A stretch of DNA of 64,000 nt, taken from the NCBI GenBank assembly GCA_963514005.1, contig OY740808.1, positions 28,024,001 to 28,088,000 on the forward strand, read 5' to 3'. Position numbers and translations under genes: made by a program. Positions 37,456-50,058 of this stretch are shown here, in pieces. Every line of letters starts with the position of its first letter. The stretch's first letter is position 1. The notes beneath the pieces were generated by a model that was not told the DNA's origin, ran no database searches, and saw nothing but the letters and a program-made list of their open reading frames with translations. This DNA comes from Raja brachyura. Taxonomy: Eukaryota.

Positions 37456-38879
37456 CATGCAAAACAAAGCTTTTCACTCAGTGCACATGACAATAATAAA
37501 CGTAAACCTGTGCTCGAAAGATAAATGTGCCAGCCTATCTAATCTCTCCCTACAACTCAAGCCCATAAACCCAGGTAGCATGTTAATTATTGGGTGCTGA
37601 CAATTTATCAAAAGTGCAAAATGATTGTGCACACAGTGTCAGTTACAGAGACATAGCTACAGGGTGAACGTGGATGGGAATTGAACATCTAAGGATACTC
37701 AATATTCAGGAAGAAGTGGCGAAAAGGAGGCAAGGTAGCAAAAGAGGGAATCAATTCCATCATGAGCAAAAATATTGGCTCTGAGATCTTTCATGTGGAA
37801 TCTGTATTGGTGAAGCTCAGACCTCAAAGGTCAGAATATCTTAGTGTGGGTTGTATGTAAACCTAGCTGGGTAGTCTGCAACCTGATGGCATGAACAAAT
37901 AATTATGTCATTTCAGGTAACTTACTCCCCTCAGTCATTCTCTCCCCCCTTCTACCCAGATTTCCATGTAACAACAAACACCCACCGCTTCTCATTCAAA
38001 CACTTTCCCCTCCTACTCCATCTGCCCATTCTTCTTTCAGATCCTCTTCTCCCCACTGTTCCTGTCGGCCTATCCCACGTCCCTTATTTGGAGCCTTACT
38101 CCACCTCCTTCCCCATCAGATTCCATCAACTGCAGCTCCTTGTTACCTCCTCCAATCATTTACTTGGCTCTGTGACCCTTTTCATCTGAATCCATCCACC
38201 AGTCAACGGCCGCTCCCAAGAATTAGCCTTTTTTTCCAGCTCTTGAACTGCCTTCTCACCTCTTTCTTATGTTTATCTTCTGTCTACTCAGTTCAGATTA
38301 AGGGTCTAGCTCCGAATCATTGCCTGGCCATTTCCCTTCACAGGTGATGCCTGATATTCCTCCATTCGTTTGTTTTTTGAGCGTTAAAATTGAATGTTAA
38401 TTTTGAGTTGAGAGTCAGAATCTAAATAAAGGAAATCAAAAATAATAGTTGTGAATCATCTGTGCCAGACTGTGAAACATTACTTAAAGGATTGATAGTA
38501 GATAGACAATGGGAAACATTTAAGGAGCACATTAATGAATTAAAGCAATTCATTGGTGTCTGGAACAAAAATAAAACTTGGAGTGGATTTAAGAAGAAAT
38601 TTCAAGTAGATTTAAGAAGCATTAGTTCCATTGAGATATATTTTAAAAAACCCAGCAAATCTGAGGAGGGTAAAGGGATCGATTAGTAATGGGAAGATAG
38701 AGAATGAGTATAAACTAGCAGAGAATGTAACAACAGCTGTTTTTGTATCAATGTAAAGAGGAACAAAGATTAGTGATGACAAATTTAGGATCCATGCAAT
38801 TGCAAATGCAGACAAAGAAATAGCAGACCAAGTAATATCAGTTCAATAGCTGCTTTGTGATTTGTGTTAATATTTGCAA

Positions 38880-39900
38880 TCAGGGTATCACTGTCAATGT
38901 CAGCAATTCTTCCCCATCCCTAGTATTCCATGAGGTGGTGGTAATGAACGGACTTGAATCACCGCAGTCTTTTTATTGAAGATATTTCCATGATGCTTTT
39001 GCACAGAGAGTTGTAGGATGAAGATCGAGTGACAATGAAGAACCAGCAATCTTTTTCCTAGATAGACACAAAAAGCTGGAGTAACTCAGCAGGACAGGCA
39101 GCATCTCTGGAGAATAGAAATGGGTCAAGACCCTTTTTCAGACTCTGCAGTTCCTTCCTGCACACAATCTTTTTCCTAGTTTGGGTGGTGTATGATGGAG
39201 GAGAACCAACAAATGCCATGTTCCACTGCCTTTACTGCCCTTGTGTTCCTTGGTGTTAATAATAACCGATTTGGGTGAGTGACTATTGTACATTTTGTGC
39301 ATGGTGTAGACTGCAGCCACCATACTCTGGTAGTTGCAGGAATGAATGTTTAATGCTTGATTAAATGAAAATCAAGTGGGTTGCTTTATTCTGGGTGGTT
39401 TTGAGTCTTTATAGATGTTGGTGCTGTACTCATCTGAGCAAGGGAAGAGTATTTTATTACGCTTCTGATTTATGCTGTGTGAATTATGGGAAGGCCTTGA
39501 GGTGTCAGGAGGTAAGCTACAGGATATCCAACCTCTAACCTGGTCTTACAAGGCATTTATCTGCAGAGTACTGGAGTAACTTAGCAGGTCAGGCACTTTC
39601 TTTGGGGAACGTAGATAGGTGATGCTTCGGGTCGTGGCCCTTTTTCAAACATGATCCGAAACACCACCTCGAATCTTCAGGTTCTCCAGAGATACTGTCT
39701 GACTTGCTGAGTTTCTGCTGCATTATGAGTCATTTTGTGTAATAACGAGCATCTGTTATTCCTTGTTTCTACACAGCATTTATGCGGTTAGACCAGTTAG
39801 GTTGGTGGTCAGTGATAACACTGAAGATATTGATAGTCATACCATTTAATGGCAAGGATAGGTACTTCCATCTTGTTGTAGATGGTTATTGCTTAGCATT
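38880..39900 (-). mobile_element. Ancient CR1-group LINE remnant with Penelope terminal-repeat pieces inserted
   Basis: Degenerate match to a chondrichthyan LINE 3' region recognised from memory (CCCATCCCTAG...GGTGGTGGT...ACCGCAGTC; GCTGTACTCATC...GAGTATT). Confidence 0.4.
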
Positions 39901-39960
39901 TACTAACCATTTATTATTCCATATCATGTATAACTATAAGTCAGTAACCTCTGAAAGCCG

Positions 39961-40185
39961 AAGATAGACACAACATGCTGGAGTAATGCAGCGGGACAGG
40001 CAGCATCTCTGGATAGAAGGAATGGGTGACGTTTTGGGTCGAGACCCATCTGCCAGTCTGAAGAAGGGTCTTGACCTGAAACATCACCCATTTCTTCTAT
40101 CCAGAGATGCTGCCTGTCCCGCTGAGTTACTCCAGCATTTTGTGTTTATCTTTGGTTTAAACCAGCATCTGCAGTTCCCTCCCAC
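39961..40185. mobile_element. Foldback Penelope terminal-repeat element
   Basis: ~90-bp inverted arms plus AAACCAGCATCTGCAGTTCC tail; TSD AAC(C/T)TCTGAAAGCCG at 39946-39960 and 40186-40200. Confidence 0.85.
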
Positions 40186-40759
40186 AACTTCTGAAAGCCG
40201 CACTATGAACCTCTTGGCTCTCTCAAATCGTTCATCTGAAAGTTTTATTTACTGTAGTAATAAATTAAAATAATGGAACCCATCAGCCAGTCAGAACATC
40301 ATAACGTATCCTGTGTTTGGTAAGTTTTCAGCAACCGTTGTCTAATCTTGGCTTCACAAAGAAAGACATGTAATCAGCAATGAAGGATGGGCTCAATGTT
40401 AGTTTATTGAAGGGAGTTGTCATATCCTTGGGCACACACCCAAATGTACTGGTGAGATAAGTTGCAGCAAAATGAAAAAATAATCTTGCAATGCAGAGGA
40501 TGAACTGGACACTTGTTTCCTTCTGTATTCCGTACTGACTTTTCTGGTTAGTTGATAGGGAGATGTTACATTTTCATGTGTCCTGGTACAAAAATTAAAA
40601 ACATACAAAGCCAATTGCATGACTCATTGCCATGTGGCTCAGTCACTATAAATATGTATAAACATACTTTAAGATAAACACAACGTACAGAAGATACTGC
40701 TTGGGCGGTATCTGTAGTGAGAAAATGTTTACTTGTCAACAACTCTTCATCAGGGCAGG

Positions 40760-41066
40760 AAAAGTGAAGGTTCGTAACGAGTCCGTAGGCGGCCGTAGGA
40801 GTCCAGGATATATCGTAGCGGCTCGTAATGGCAGCCGTAGGTACTCGGGGCTATTTTATTACTTGTGGACATTTTTCAACAGGCCGAAAAAACGTCCCGA
40901 CTTACCTGATGCTCCGAGTACCTACGGCTGGCATAACGAGCCGCTACGATATATCCACGGACTCCTATGGACTTGTTACGAACATTCTGCGAGTTTGAAA
41001 ACTCGGGAGAATTTGTGAATAACGCAGGAGAATTCGTGAATAACTTGGGAAAGTGGGACAGGCCCT
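40760..41066. mobile_element. Left-truncated PIF/Harbinger-like MITE with internal palindrome
   Basis: Arms ~40770-40851 and ~40911-40983 (GGATATATCGTAGCGGCTCGT / ACGAGCCGCTACGATATATCC); right end AAGTGGGACAGGCCCT; left TIR not found. Confidence 0.65.
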
Positions 41067-42518
41067 TGAGAAAGGAGGTTTTTTTACTTGGGGAAGAGTA
41101 AGTTTGTTGTAGAATCGAGACCAACATTGTCCAGTAGTTTTGGTGCATGCATGTAATCAATCATAACTGACCTTACTGGAGTATTGTAAATAAAAGGAGA
41201 TCAATGAGCAATTAGAGAGAGGGAGGGGGAAAAAATATGCTGAAACAGTGAGATGCAGAACACAGAAAATGCTGATCATCTGAAATAGATAAGAATATTG
41301 GAAATATCCAACATTGGGCATCATCTGTGAAGAGGGAAATATTGAGTTAACTCCCTGTCCAAACGCATCATGGAAATATCTTCAATAAAAAGACTGCAGT
41401 GATTCAAGAAGTCAGTTCATTACCCACCTTCTCATGGAATATTAGGGATGGGGAAGAATTGCTATGCCCTTGAACTGAGCTCATACATCTCTCTTTACAG
41501 TCCTACAAGCAAATTGGCTATGGTTAACTGTAGGACATTGAAAGCAATTGACTCCTGGATAACCTTGGTTACCACCCTATTACAGACATTTCCTAGTTCT
41601 CTCTTTCCCACGCTCTTTCTGAGACTGGTCAGGCATGTATTTTTCTTTGATCACTGTCTGAAGTTGAGAGGGAGAATTGACCACAGTATCCTGGTCTGGA
41701 TTTATCTTTTTGATTATCATTAGTGAAACAAATTAGTCTTATTTACAATGCTGTTTGAGAGAAATAATCAAGTGCAGTGTTCAACACCTAAGCAACACAA
41801 GTGGCTGTTAAGCTTCCGAGATAAAAAAAACACACTATATTGGTATGAAATGTTCTAGTTTCTGTCCTGTCAATTTTCTACCTCGTCCAAGTGTGAAACA
41901 AATGGCGTACTGCGTGAGAATGTCTTGTCTAATATCAACAGTGCACTGATAATTATCTGTCTACCGTATTTCTGAATTATTCAACTTATCTAAAATCTTG
42001 ATTAACCAATATTGTTTGTTAGTTTGGGAAAAAATAAACTTTTTTAACTTTCTAAGTGCTATTATTTATGCAAAGGCAAAAGAAAACAAATGCTGCGGTG
42101 TAGGGTCTTGCTTTTCCATATTTGGTTTCTTTAGGGTTTTCTGCAAAATGCAATTGAAAGAAATTCAGGAATCTCCCTTTCCAATGGCGTTTTATTGAAT
42201 AGGAAGGACTTGCATTTACATGGTGACTTATTATATTTCATTGGTGTAGAGCATCTTGAAATCAATGAAATGCTGTTATATCAGCAAACATGCCAAACAA
42301 TTTGTGTACAGCAAGGTAGCAAAAACAGGACATGAATGAAATATGCAATTAATTTGTATGATATCTGAAGGAGGAATATTTGCCAGCATTTTTAGTAAAT
42401 GCAGAACTTAGAATTATGCTTTATAATCCCTGATCAATTAAACAGCCTGATGTTGCCTTGGCTATAGAGCTTTGACATGAACGCTATCATCCCGATAATA
42501 CAACACACCTCATCACTG

Positions 42519-42608
42519 TCTGAAGAAGGGTCTCGACCCGAAACGTCGCCTATCTCCTTCGCTCCTTAGATGCTGCTGCACCCGCTGAGTTTCTCCAGCT
42601 TTTTGTGT
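42519..42608 (+). mobile_element. 90-bp Penelope terminal-repeat micro-insertion beginning at a hammerhead-like core
   Basis: Exact 14-bp TSD ACACCTCATCACTG at 42505-42518 and 42609-42622; one mismatch to the reverse complement of 26631-26720. Confidence 0.88.
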
Positions 42609-42772
42609 ACACCTCATCACTGCACTGGTGCAACTTCTTTGATTATGTATTGAAGTGAAATAGTGCAGAGACGAGAAGAAAGACCTGAAATTGTTTTTGT
42701 TCCCATAGTTATTGGTTGGGCTGCTGGGTGTTCCCCATATTTTTTGTTTTTATTACCCAAAATGAGTTTTTG

Positions 42773-45220
42773 AATCATAGTCATAGAGTGATACAGTGTT
42801 GGAAACATGCCCTTTGGCCCAACTTGCCCAGCCAACATGTCCCAGCTACATTAGTCCGACCTGCCTGCGCTTGGTCCATATACCTCCAAACCTGTCCTAT
42901 TCATGTACCTGTCTTACTGTTTCTTAAATGTTGCGATAGTCCCAGCCTCAACTACCTCATCAACAGCTTGTACCATACACGCACCACCCTTTGTCTACTA
43001 GGGGCGCTGCACTGACAGCGGCCTCTGCCTGCAGGCCGTTTGTTTTTCCATCTTTTTTTTATTTTTAGTCAGTTTAAAGTTTGTTTTTGGGGGAGTCTTT
43101 AACTTTTATATGTGGGGGAGGGGGGCAGGATAAGGGGGAAACTAACTCCCAGTTGCTTCCTGGCGGGGACGCGACTATTTCTCCGAGTCGTGTCCTCGCC
43201 CCCCCACCTCGCGGCCTACCTCCTGGATCAGAGCGGCCTTTCCTGCCGGGGACCGGGAACCGGACCAGAGCTGCAGCAGCGGCGGCGCGGCGCTGGAGTC
43301 ACCGCGACCTACCTGGGTCGCAATTTGGAGCTCCGGAGCGTTGGGCCGCTGCTCCAACATGGTGGAGCTCTGGTTTGGAGAGCTTCCAACGCGGGCGGCG
43401 CTGAACAACTCCATGGAGTCCTGGGGCCCTTTGCCGAGGACCTCCAGTGTTGCATCTCCACCCGGCGCGGCCTGCGGACTTTGGGAGCCGCGGACTCCGG
43501 TAGGAGGGGGCCGAGTTGGGGTCCAGGCTGCTGAGGACATCCCCCAGCCCCGACATCGGACTTGCATCACCCCGGCGAGGGGGCCTGAACATCTGGCTGC
43601 ACGTAGCGGCGACTGCGGAGGGCTCAGGGAGGCCCCAACCACGGGTGAACAGTGGGGAACATCGGGGGAAGAGACTGACTTTGGTGCCTTCCCTCACAGT
43701 GGGAAATTTTGATCCTGCTGTGTGGGGATGTTTTATGTTAAATTCTATCACTCTATGCTGTGTTCTTTATTTTTTCTGTACGGCTGCATGGTGATTTGAT
43801 TTTACTGTGCCTTGGCACACATGACAAATAAATGTATCTTGTATCTTGAATAAGTTACCCCTCAGATTCCTATTAAATATTTTCCTCTTCACCTTGAACC
43901 TATGTCCTCTGTTCCTCCTCGATTCCCCTACTCTGGGCAAGAGACTCTGTGCATCTACCCGACCTATTTCCCTCATGATTTTGTATTTCTCTATAAGATC
44001 TCCCCTCATCCTCCTGCACTCCAAGGAATAGAGACCCAGCCTACTCAACCTCTCCCTATAGCTCACACTAGTCGTGGCAACATCCTCGTAAATCTTCTGT
44101 GAACCCGTTCAAGCTTGACAATATTTTTCCCATAACATGGTGCCCTGAACTGCACACAATATTCTAACTGCGGTCTCACCAACGTTTTACATAACTGCAA
44201 CTTGACCTCCTAACTTCTATACTCAATACTCTGTCTGATGAAGGCCAATGTGCCAAAAGCCTTTTTCACCACCTTATCTACCTGCGACTCAGCCTTCAAG
44301 GAACCATGCACATGCACTCGTAGATCCCTCTGCTCTACAACACTCCCCAGAGGGCTACCATTCACTGTGTAGGTCCTGGCCTTGTAAGGTGTCCCAAAAT
44401 GCAACACCTCACACTTTTCTGTATTAAATTCCATCAACCATTCCTCAGCCCACATGGCCAATCGATTCAGATCCTGTTGCAATCTTTCACAACCATCTCC
44501 ACTATCTGCAAAACCACCCACTTTTGTATCATCAGCAAACTTGCTAATCTTGCCCTGTATGTTCTCATCAAAATCATTGATGTAGATGACCAACAGGGTT
44601 CGGTGCTGGGCCCGTTACTGAGACACACCACTAGTCACAGGCCTCCAGTCCGTGAAGCAACCTTCCACCATCACCCTCTGCTTCCTTCCATGGAGCCAAT
44701 TTGCTATCCATTCTGCTATCACTCCTTGGATCCCATGCAATCTAACCTTCCGGAGCAGCCTACCATCTGGAACCTTGTCAAATGCCTTACTGAAAACCAT
44801 GTATACAACATCTACAGGTCTGCCCTCATCGATCTTTTTGGTCACGTCTTCAAAAAACTCAATCAGATTTGTGAGACATGACCTCCCATGTACAAAACCA
44901 TTCTGACTATCCCTAATCTGCCCTTGCCCGTGTAAATGCCAATATAACCGATCCCTCAGAATACTCTCTAGTAACTTTCCAACTCCAGATGTTAGGCTCA
45001 CTGGCTTATAGTTCCCAGCATTTCCCCTGCAGCCCTTCTTGAAAAGAGGCACAACATTTGCCACCCTCCAGTCTTTCGGAACCTCTACTGTATTTAAGAA
45101 CAGCCCGTAAATATAAATCAGGGCTCCTGCAATTTCCTCTTTGGTTTCCCACAATGTCCTCGGATTTGATCAGGCCCTGGAGATTTGTCTACCTTCATAC
45201 ACTATAGTACCTTCAGTACT
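42773..45220 (-). mobile_element. 5'-truncated CR1 LINE (second subfamily) interrupted at 42995-43848
   Basis: DWRVANVVPLFKKG, GFVHGRSCLTNLIEFFE, SKAFDKVP, ISKFADDTKVGG, RLGLYSLECRRMRGDLIE; CATAGT-type tail at ~42773. Confidence 0.92.
42995..43848 (+). mobile_element. GC-rich non-autonomous retroelement with Rex1-like 3' tail
   Basis: Interrupts CR1 between CACCCTTTGT and AAGTTACCCCTC; ends ACTGTGCCTTGGCACACATGACAAATAAA(TGTATCT)n; no tRNA head and no RT. Confidence 0.65.
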
Positions 45221-45774
45221 TCTGGATTGTGACGAACTTATTCCAATGTGAGATAATTTATCTATGGTTAAAGGGGAAGAAACAACATTTCTGACCACCT
45301 TTTGCCCTGAGGTGCAGAACCTGCAGCGCTTGGGGGGAAAAAAAGCTCTGGATCAGTCTGAGAACACACAGCAGTTTAACAGGGTGTGAATATTCCTTCG
45401 TCTGCACATAGTAAGCTTTTGATTAATATTAGAGGACCATCTTTTATACAACTTTATTACCGATTGTTTTCAATTTTGGCAGGATCTACAAAATGTTTAA
45501 CTGATAATGTATGATAGTCATTCAGCATAGAAACAGGCCCTTCATACACTTTGTTTCATATCCCTCAAAACCTTTCCTATCCATGTATCTATCTATGTGT
45601 GGCAACCTTTTATGTGAACACATTGTATCTTAAGGATATCAATAATGGCTCTTAGTAGGTTATTTTGCTTCAATTGTCATTCACAATCAAAGAATGAATG
45701 TATTAATGTTTAATATCAGAAATACTTTATTTTGATGATTTCTGTTTGTTGCATTGACTTAGGAAAAATACATC

Positions 45775-45858
45775 ATGGCCCCAACTTTGCCTCTAGATCA
45801 AATATATATTTCGGAACCAGATAAAAAAACTGGGAAAGCGCAACAGTTACCAGCATTG
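45775..45858 (+). CDS. ASCC2: ASCC2 first coding exon (exon starts 45763): MAPTLPLDQIYISEPDKKTGKAQQLPAL
   Basis: TTAG| acceptor, ATG at 45775, TTG|GTGAGT; resembles human MPALPLDQLQITHKDPKTGKLRTSPAL. Confidence 0.92.
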
Positions 45859-47510
45859 GTGAGTTGCTTCATACCATTATCAGAAAACTATCATGGACTG
45901 ATAGAATGTCATAATTGTTCTCTAATGCCTACCCCTCCTCCTTAAGTACTGTCCTTGAGTACTGTCCTGAAATATGCAACTGTGCCAATAATTCAATTGC
46001 CCTTTCTTGCTGTTTTTGACCTATTTAACATTCATCTGAACTTTGTAACTCAATTTCACATCTGAAAAATGTCATGCATTGTCTTCTTTCTTGATTGGCT
46101 ATTTATTCTCTCTGCTATTTAGAGTTCAACTCAATCAAAACATCGTTTCTTATAATCTAGAAACAAGGAACTGCAAATGCTGGTTTTCAAAATAGGACGC
46201 AAAAGTTGGAGTAACTCAGCGGTTCAAGACAGGTTTCCCGACCCGAAACATCACATATTAATGTTTGCAGGAGATGCTGCCTGACCTGTTAAGTTGCTCC
46301 AGCACCTAGCGTCTTTGCTTAGAATCTATGTCAGTGACCAATCACGCCCATTCTTGTAGTCGTGTGATTCTTCGTAATACTGATTTGGATAGTAAAATCT
46401 CACCTCAAACTGGATTTGGTAAGTAGTTCCAATTTAGAAAGCCATGAGTCATTGATGGATATGCTAAACAGGCATATTATTATGGCAGCAACTGTCAGCG
46501 TGCGGGTTGTAAGCTCCATAACAGCCTAAGTGTCCCATGAAAACAATGTTTGGGCAGTGATACTATAGTTCGTGATGTGGACAGTAATAGTCAAATATCA
46601 CACCAAACATAAATCCAGACATTCTGCAATACTGGAAGTAGATTTTTCAACAGATGTTTCATGTAATGATAACATGATACAAAATAATATGAATACACAG
46701 CAAAAGAATATAAAAGTATATAAATACTGATTGGGTTACAACTGACTATTATGTAAAATTCTGGTCATTGCACGTTAGATTGTGAAGGTCCCTGAAAGGT
46801 ACAGAAAAGAACATGCAGGCATGGTTTCAAATATGAAAAATTCAGTCTGATAAGGGTCCCAACCCAAAAGTTCTTCAGAGATGTTGCTTTACCTGCTGAG
46901 TGATTTCAGTACTCTGTCTTTTATTGTAAAACAGCATCTGTTTTTTCTTGTTCCTACATGAAAATTTCAGGCATGCAGTTAGAATAGAGAAGCTGGAGTG
47001 ATTCTCCTTGGAGCAAAGAGAGTTAAAGTAGGATTTGATGGGAGTTCCTGGAGGGAAATTCTACCCATTAACAGACATTTCATTAATCAAGAGGTGATTT
47101 ACAAACTGATGAGCAAAAGTCAGGGGATTTGAGGGAAATCTCTTTTAGGCAAAAGAGCTGTCATCTGGACCTCACTAGCTTGATGTTTAGTGGAAACTCA
47201 CATGAACACTGGTTGAATGTGTCTACCAAACGTGGAGACAGAGAATTGGAATTGGCAGAATTGTTCCACAAAGGGAAGGTTGGACCATCCAGCCGCCTTT
47301 CTGATGGACCAACTCAACACCTTTTGTACCTGATTGTGCGGTGATATAGCAGATTTACCTAAGAGTTGGTTTATGAAAGGATAATTTATTAATGGAGGGT
47401 GAATTAAACTGATGCGGTCTGTATTAAAAAAATAAAATTAAATTAATGTATTCATGACTTTTTATTATGTCTATTTAACACACAAAAAAAACATTTTATC
47501 CCCAAAAAAG

Positions 47511-47669
47511 CATCCAAGCAGGAAAGAAGATTGTTACTTTGTGTTGTATAAACCTCCACCTCAAGATGACATGCCAGCTCTGGTGGAAGAATTTTTGGAA
47601 CGAGCCAACTTCATTGCCAGTGATCTGGATTGGTTACTATCTCTTCCTCATGATAAATTTTGGTGCCAG
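47511..47669 (+). CDS. ASCC2: ASCC2 coding exon: HPSRKEDCYFVLYKPPP...WLLSLPHDKFWCQ
   Basis: 159 nt, AAG| and CAG|GT; strong similarity to human YFVLYKPPP...LPHDKFWCQ. Confidence 0.95.
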
Positions 47670-48294
47670 GTATTATAACTTCTTTTCTACCTGAAAGTTA
47701 ATGCCATTCATAGTGAAATATCCGCCCTAAATAAATGTTGATAAGTTCTTCCTAATGCATAGAAGTAGATTTAGACCATTTGAATGGTCCTTTAAATGAC
47801 CATTAAAATCTACTCTGCCATTCAATGATCTATCTTTCCCTCTCAACCCTTTCCCCCGTCTTCTCCCCATAATCTTTCACACGCTTACGAATCAAGAAAG
47901 GCAATGGAGATCCAAATGTTTTGGTCTTATTGATGGGAACAAGGCCTTGGTGATCGGTCCATTATATAAAACATGTAGAGGCAGACGCATATTGTGTAAA
48001 AATCTGCAGGTTTCTTGAAAAGCACAGTTTGAGGGAAGTTTGATGCATCTTTGAATGTCTTTTTGTATTTCTGTACACATGGAGTGATGGATTAATATAT
48101 GCAATTTAAAATGGAAACTCTTCCTGCAAGTTTGTCACATGGTCTCTTTGTGCCCTTGCATTTGGGAATGTGTTTTGAAAGGCACAATGGAATACCATGA
48201 AAACTATTGTGTTTTTTAAATTTGAGCCAAAATTTGTGGTGGAATAAACTGATAGTAATTGTGATAATGTAACTGTTTTCTCGCTTACTTTTAG

Positions 48295-48465
48295 GTTGTT
48301 TTCGATGAGACTCTCCAGAAATCTTTGGACTCTTTCTTGCGTTACACACCTCGTCAGTATGACGGATTGGAGAATTCAAATCCAGCCATAGCAGACATGC
48401 AAAAACGCCTCCATCGCAGCGTTTTTATGGTTTTTCTTAGGATGTCCACTCACAAGGAGTCTAAA
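48295..48465 (+). CDS. ASCC2: ASCC2 coding exon: VVFDETLQKSLDSFLRY...FLRMSTHKESK
   Basis: 171 nt, TTTTAG| and AAA|GTACCA; conserved FLRMSTHKESK. Confidence 0.95.
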
Positions 48466-49763
48466 GTACCATACCTTAATTTCTTAAATAAATTGTTTGT
48501 TTTTCTATTCCATATGGAATGTTGATTTTGGCATATTATATATAACAAATAGAATTAATATCATAGGCAATTGAAGATTTACAGGCTTATTATTGTTCAC
48601 TCAAATATTTAAAACAGATATTTAACAAATTGAGTTCAAAATCAAAATGATCTTTTCTATAATATTTTATTTCTACTTTGTATTTTATTATTTTATATAC
48701 ATGAAACAGAAATGTTGGACAAAAGCAAATGCAGATAATTTGTATCCTTGGGTAGGGAAGTAAAACTTTCTGGAACCTGAAATGAATCTCAGCAGGCATA
48801 AACTTTCTTCTGGTACATTTATCTGTCACTAGTGTATCATATAAATAACTTTCCAAACTTGTTTCATTCACCTACAATAAGGAAATGGGCCAGTTGCTTT
48901 ACAGGGTCAGTGCTGTACAAACATGCTGAAGCTTCTATATACCATTAACTGTACCCCCCAATCATGTAAATTTCTGAGAGATCTAAAACAAAGTCGCCCT
49001 AATCCTGCCTAAATTAAGTGTGATGGAAAATTCCTTTCTAACACAAACAAATTCACAAAGTCTAGGAGATATCTTCCAAATAACCCATCTATCTTAAACG
49101 TACAGTAATATTAGTTGTACTCAACCTGGAGAAGGATAAGAATGCCAGGGAACTCGGTACAGTTAATAGTGATATCTTGGAGTGAATCCACATTACAAAA
49201 GATGAAGTACCAGTGGTGTTAAAACACATAAAAGTAGATAAATGCATGGTCTAGGGAAGAAATTGAAGAGCTACTGGTGATGGTGGTTGTTTTTATCAAT
49301 AGCTATGTTGCTCACATCCTGTCAGATATAGAATAGTAACTTGTTTGCCTACCATAATTACATTTAGAGCTGTATTAAAACTGCACGTACCACCTTATGT
49401 TAGGGAATCACGTGTTACTAGAACTATAATTTCTAATATGAAACGATCATTTTGAAATGAAGAAAGGTTGAAGGAATGCATTAAAAAAGGTATGAACAAA
49501 CCCTTTGGGCAGAAATTTGACTAAGCTATAGTCTGTCTTTGGGTGATCTATAATCAATCTGCAACAAAATCAGGCATTACATTTGTAATGCTAATTATAT
49601 TTTGCCACTTGACGTTGCACGACTGAAGCTATGTAAAGATTAATTTGTCAAAGAAATATAGAACTAAATAGCTCTATTGTCTCATTTTTAGGATGGGCTG
49701 ATACATGTAGATTTAGGTGAATATATATATTTTTTTTCTCTAATCGATTTTTATCTCCATTAG

Positions 49764-49893
49764 GAACACTTCATTACGCCCAATGTTTTTGGAGAAATTA
49801 TCTATGATGGTTTTCTTTTTGACATCCCAAAAATCTTTGACTTGTGTATAATATTTGGAAAAGGAAACACTGTTCTTCTTAAGAAGATGATTG
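49764..49893 (+). CDS. ASCC2: ASCC2 coding exon: EHFITPNVFGEIIYDGFLFDIPKIFDLCIIFGKGNTVLLKKMI(G)
   Basis: 130 nt, TAG| and G|GTTAGT; conserved FLFDIPKI.DLC. Confidence 0.95.
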
Positions 49894-49990
49894 GTTAGTT
49901 TGAAAGAAATGTAGAGCTTATTTTGAAAAGAAACTTTAAAGTGATTTTCATTATGTTTATTTTTGACTTTAATTTGTTTCTTATTCACAG

Positions 49991-50058
49991 GGAATATTTT
50001 TAATCAGCAGCCAAATTATTTTAATGATCTGAATGAAACAGTTCCCACGATCCTACAG
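49991..50058 (+). CDS. ASCC2: ASCC2 coding exon: (G)NIFNQQPNYFNDLNETVPTILQ
   Basis: 68 nt, CAG| and CAG|GTATTG, after a 97-nt intron. Confidence 0.95.

Noticed and set aside
43081-43794. Six overlapping 92-155 aa ORFs on both strands
   Set aside because: Expected by-product of a GC-rich repeat insertion; no protein motif
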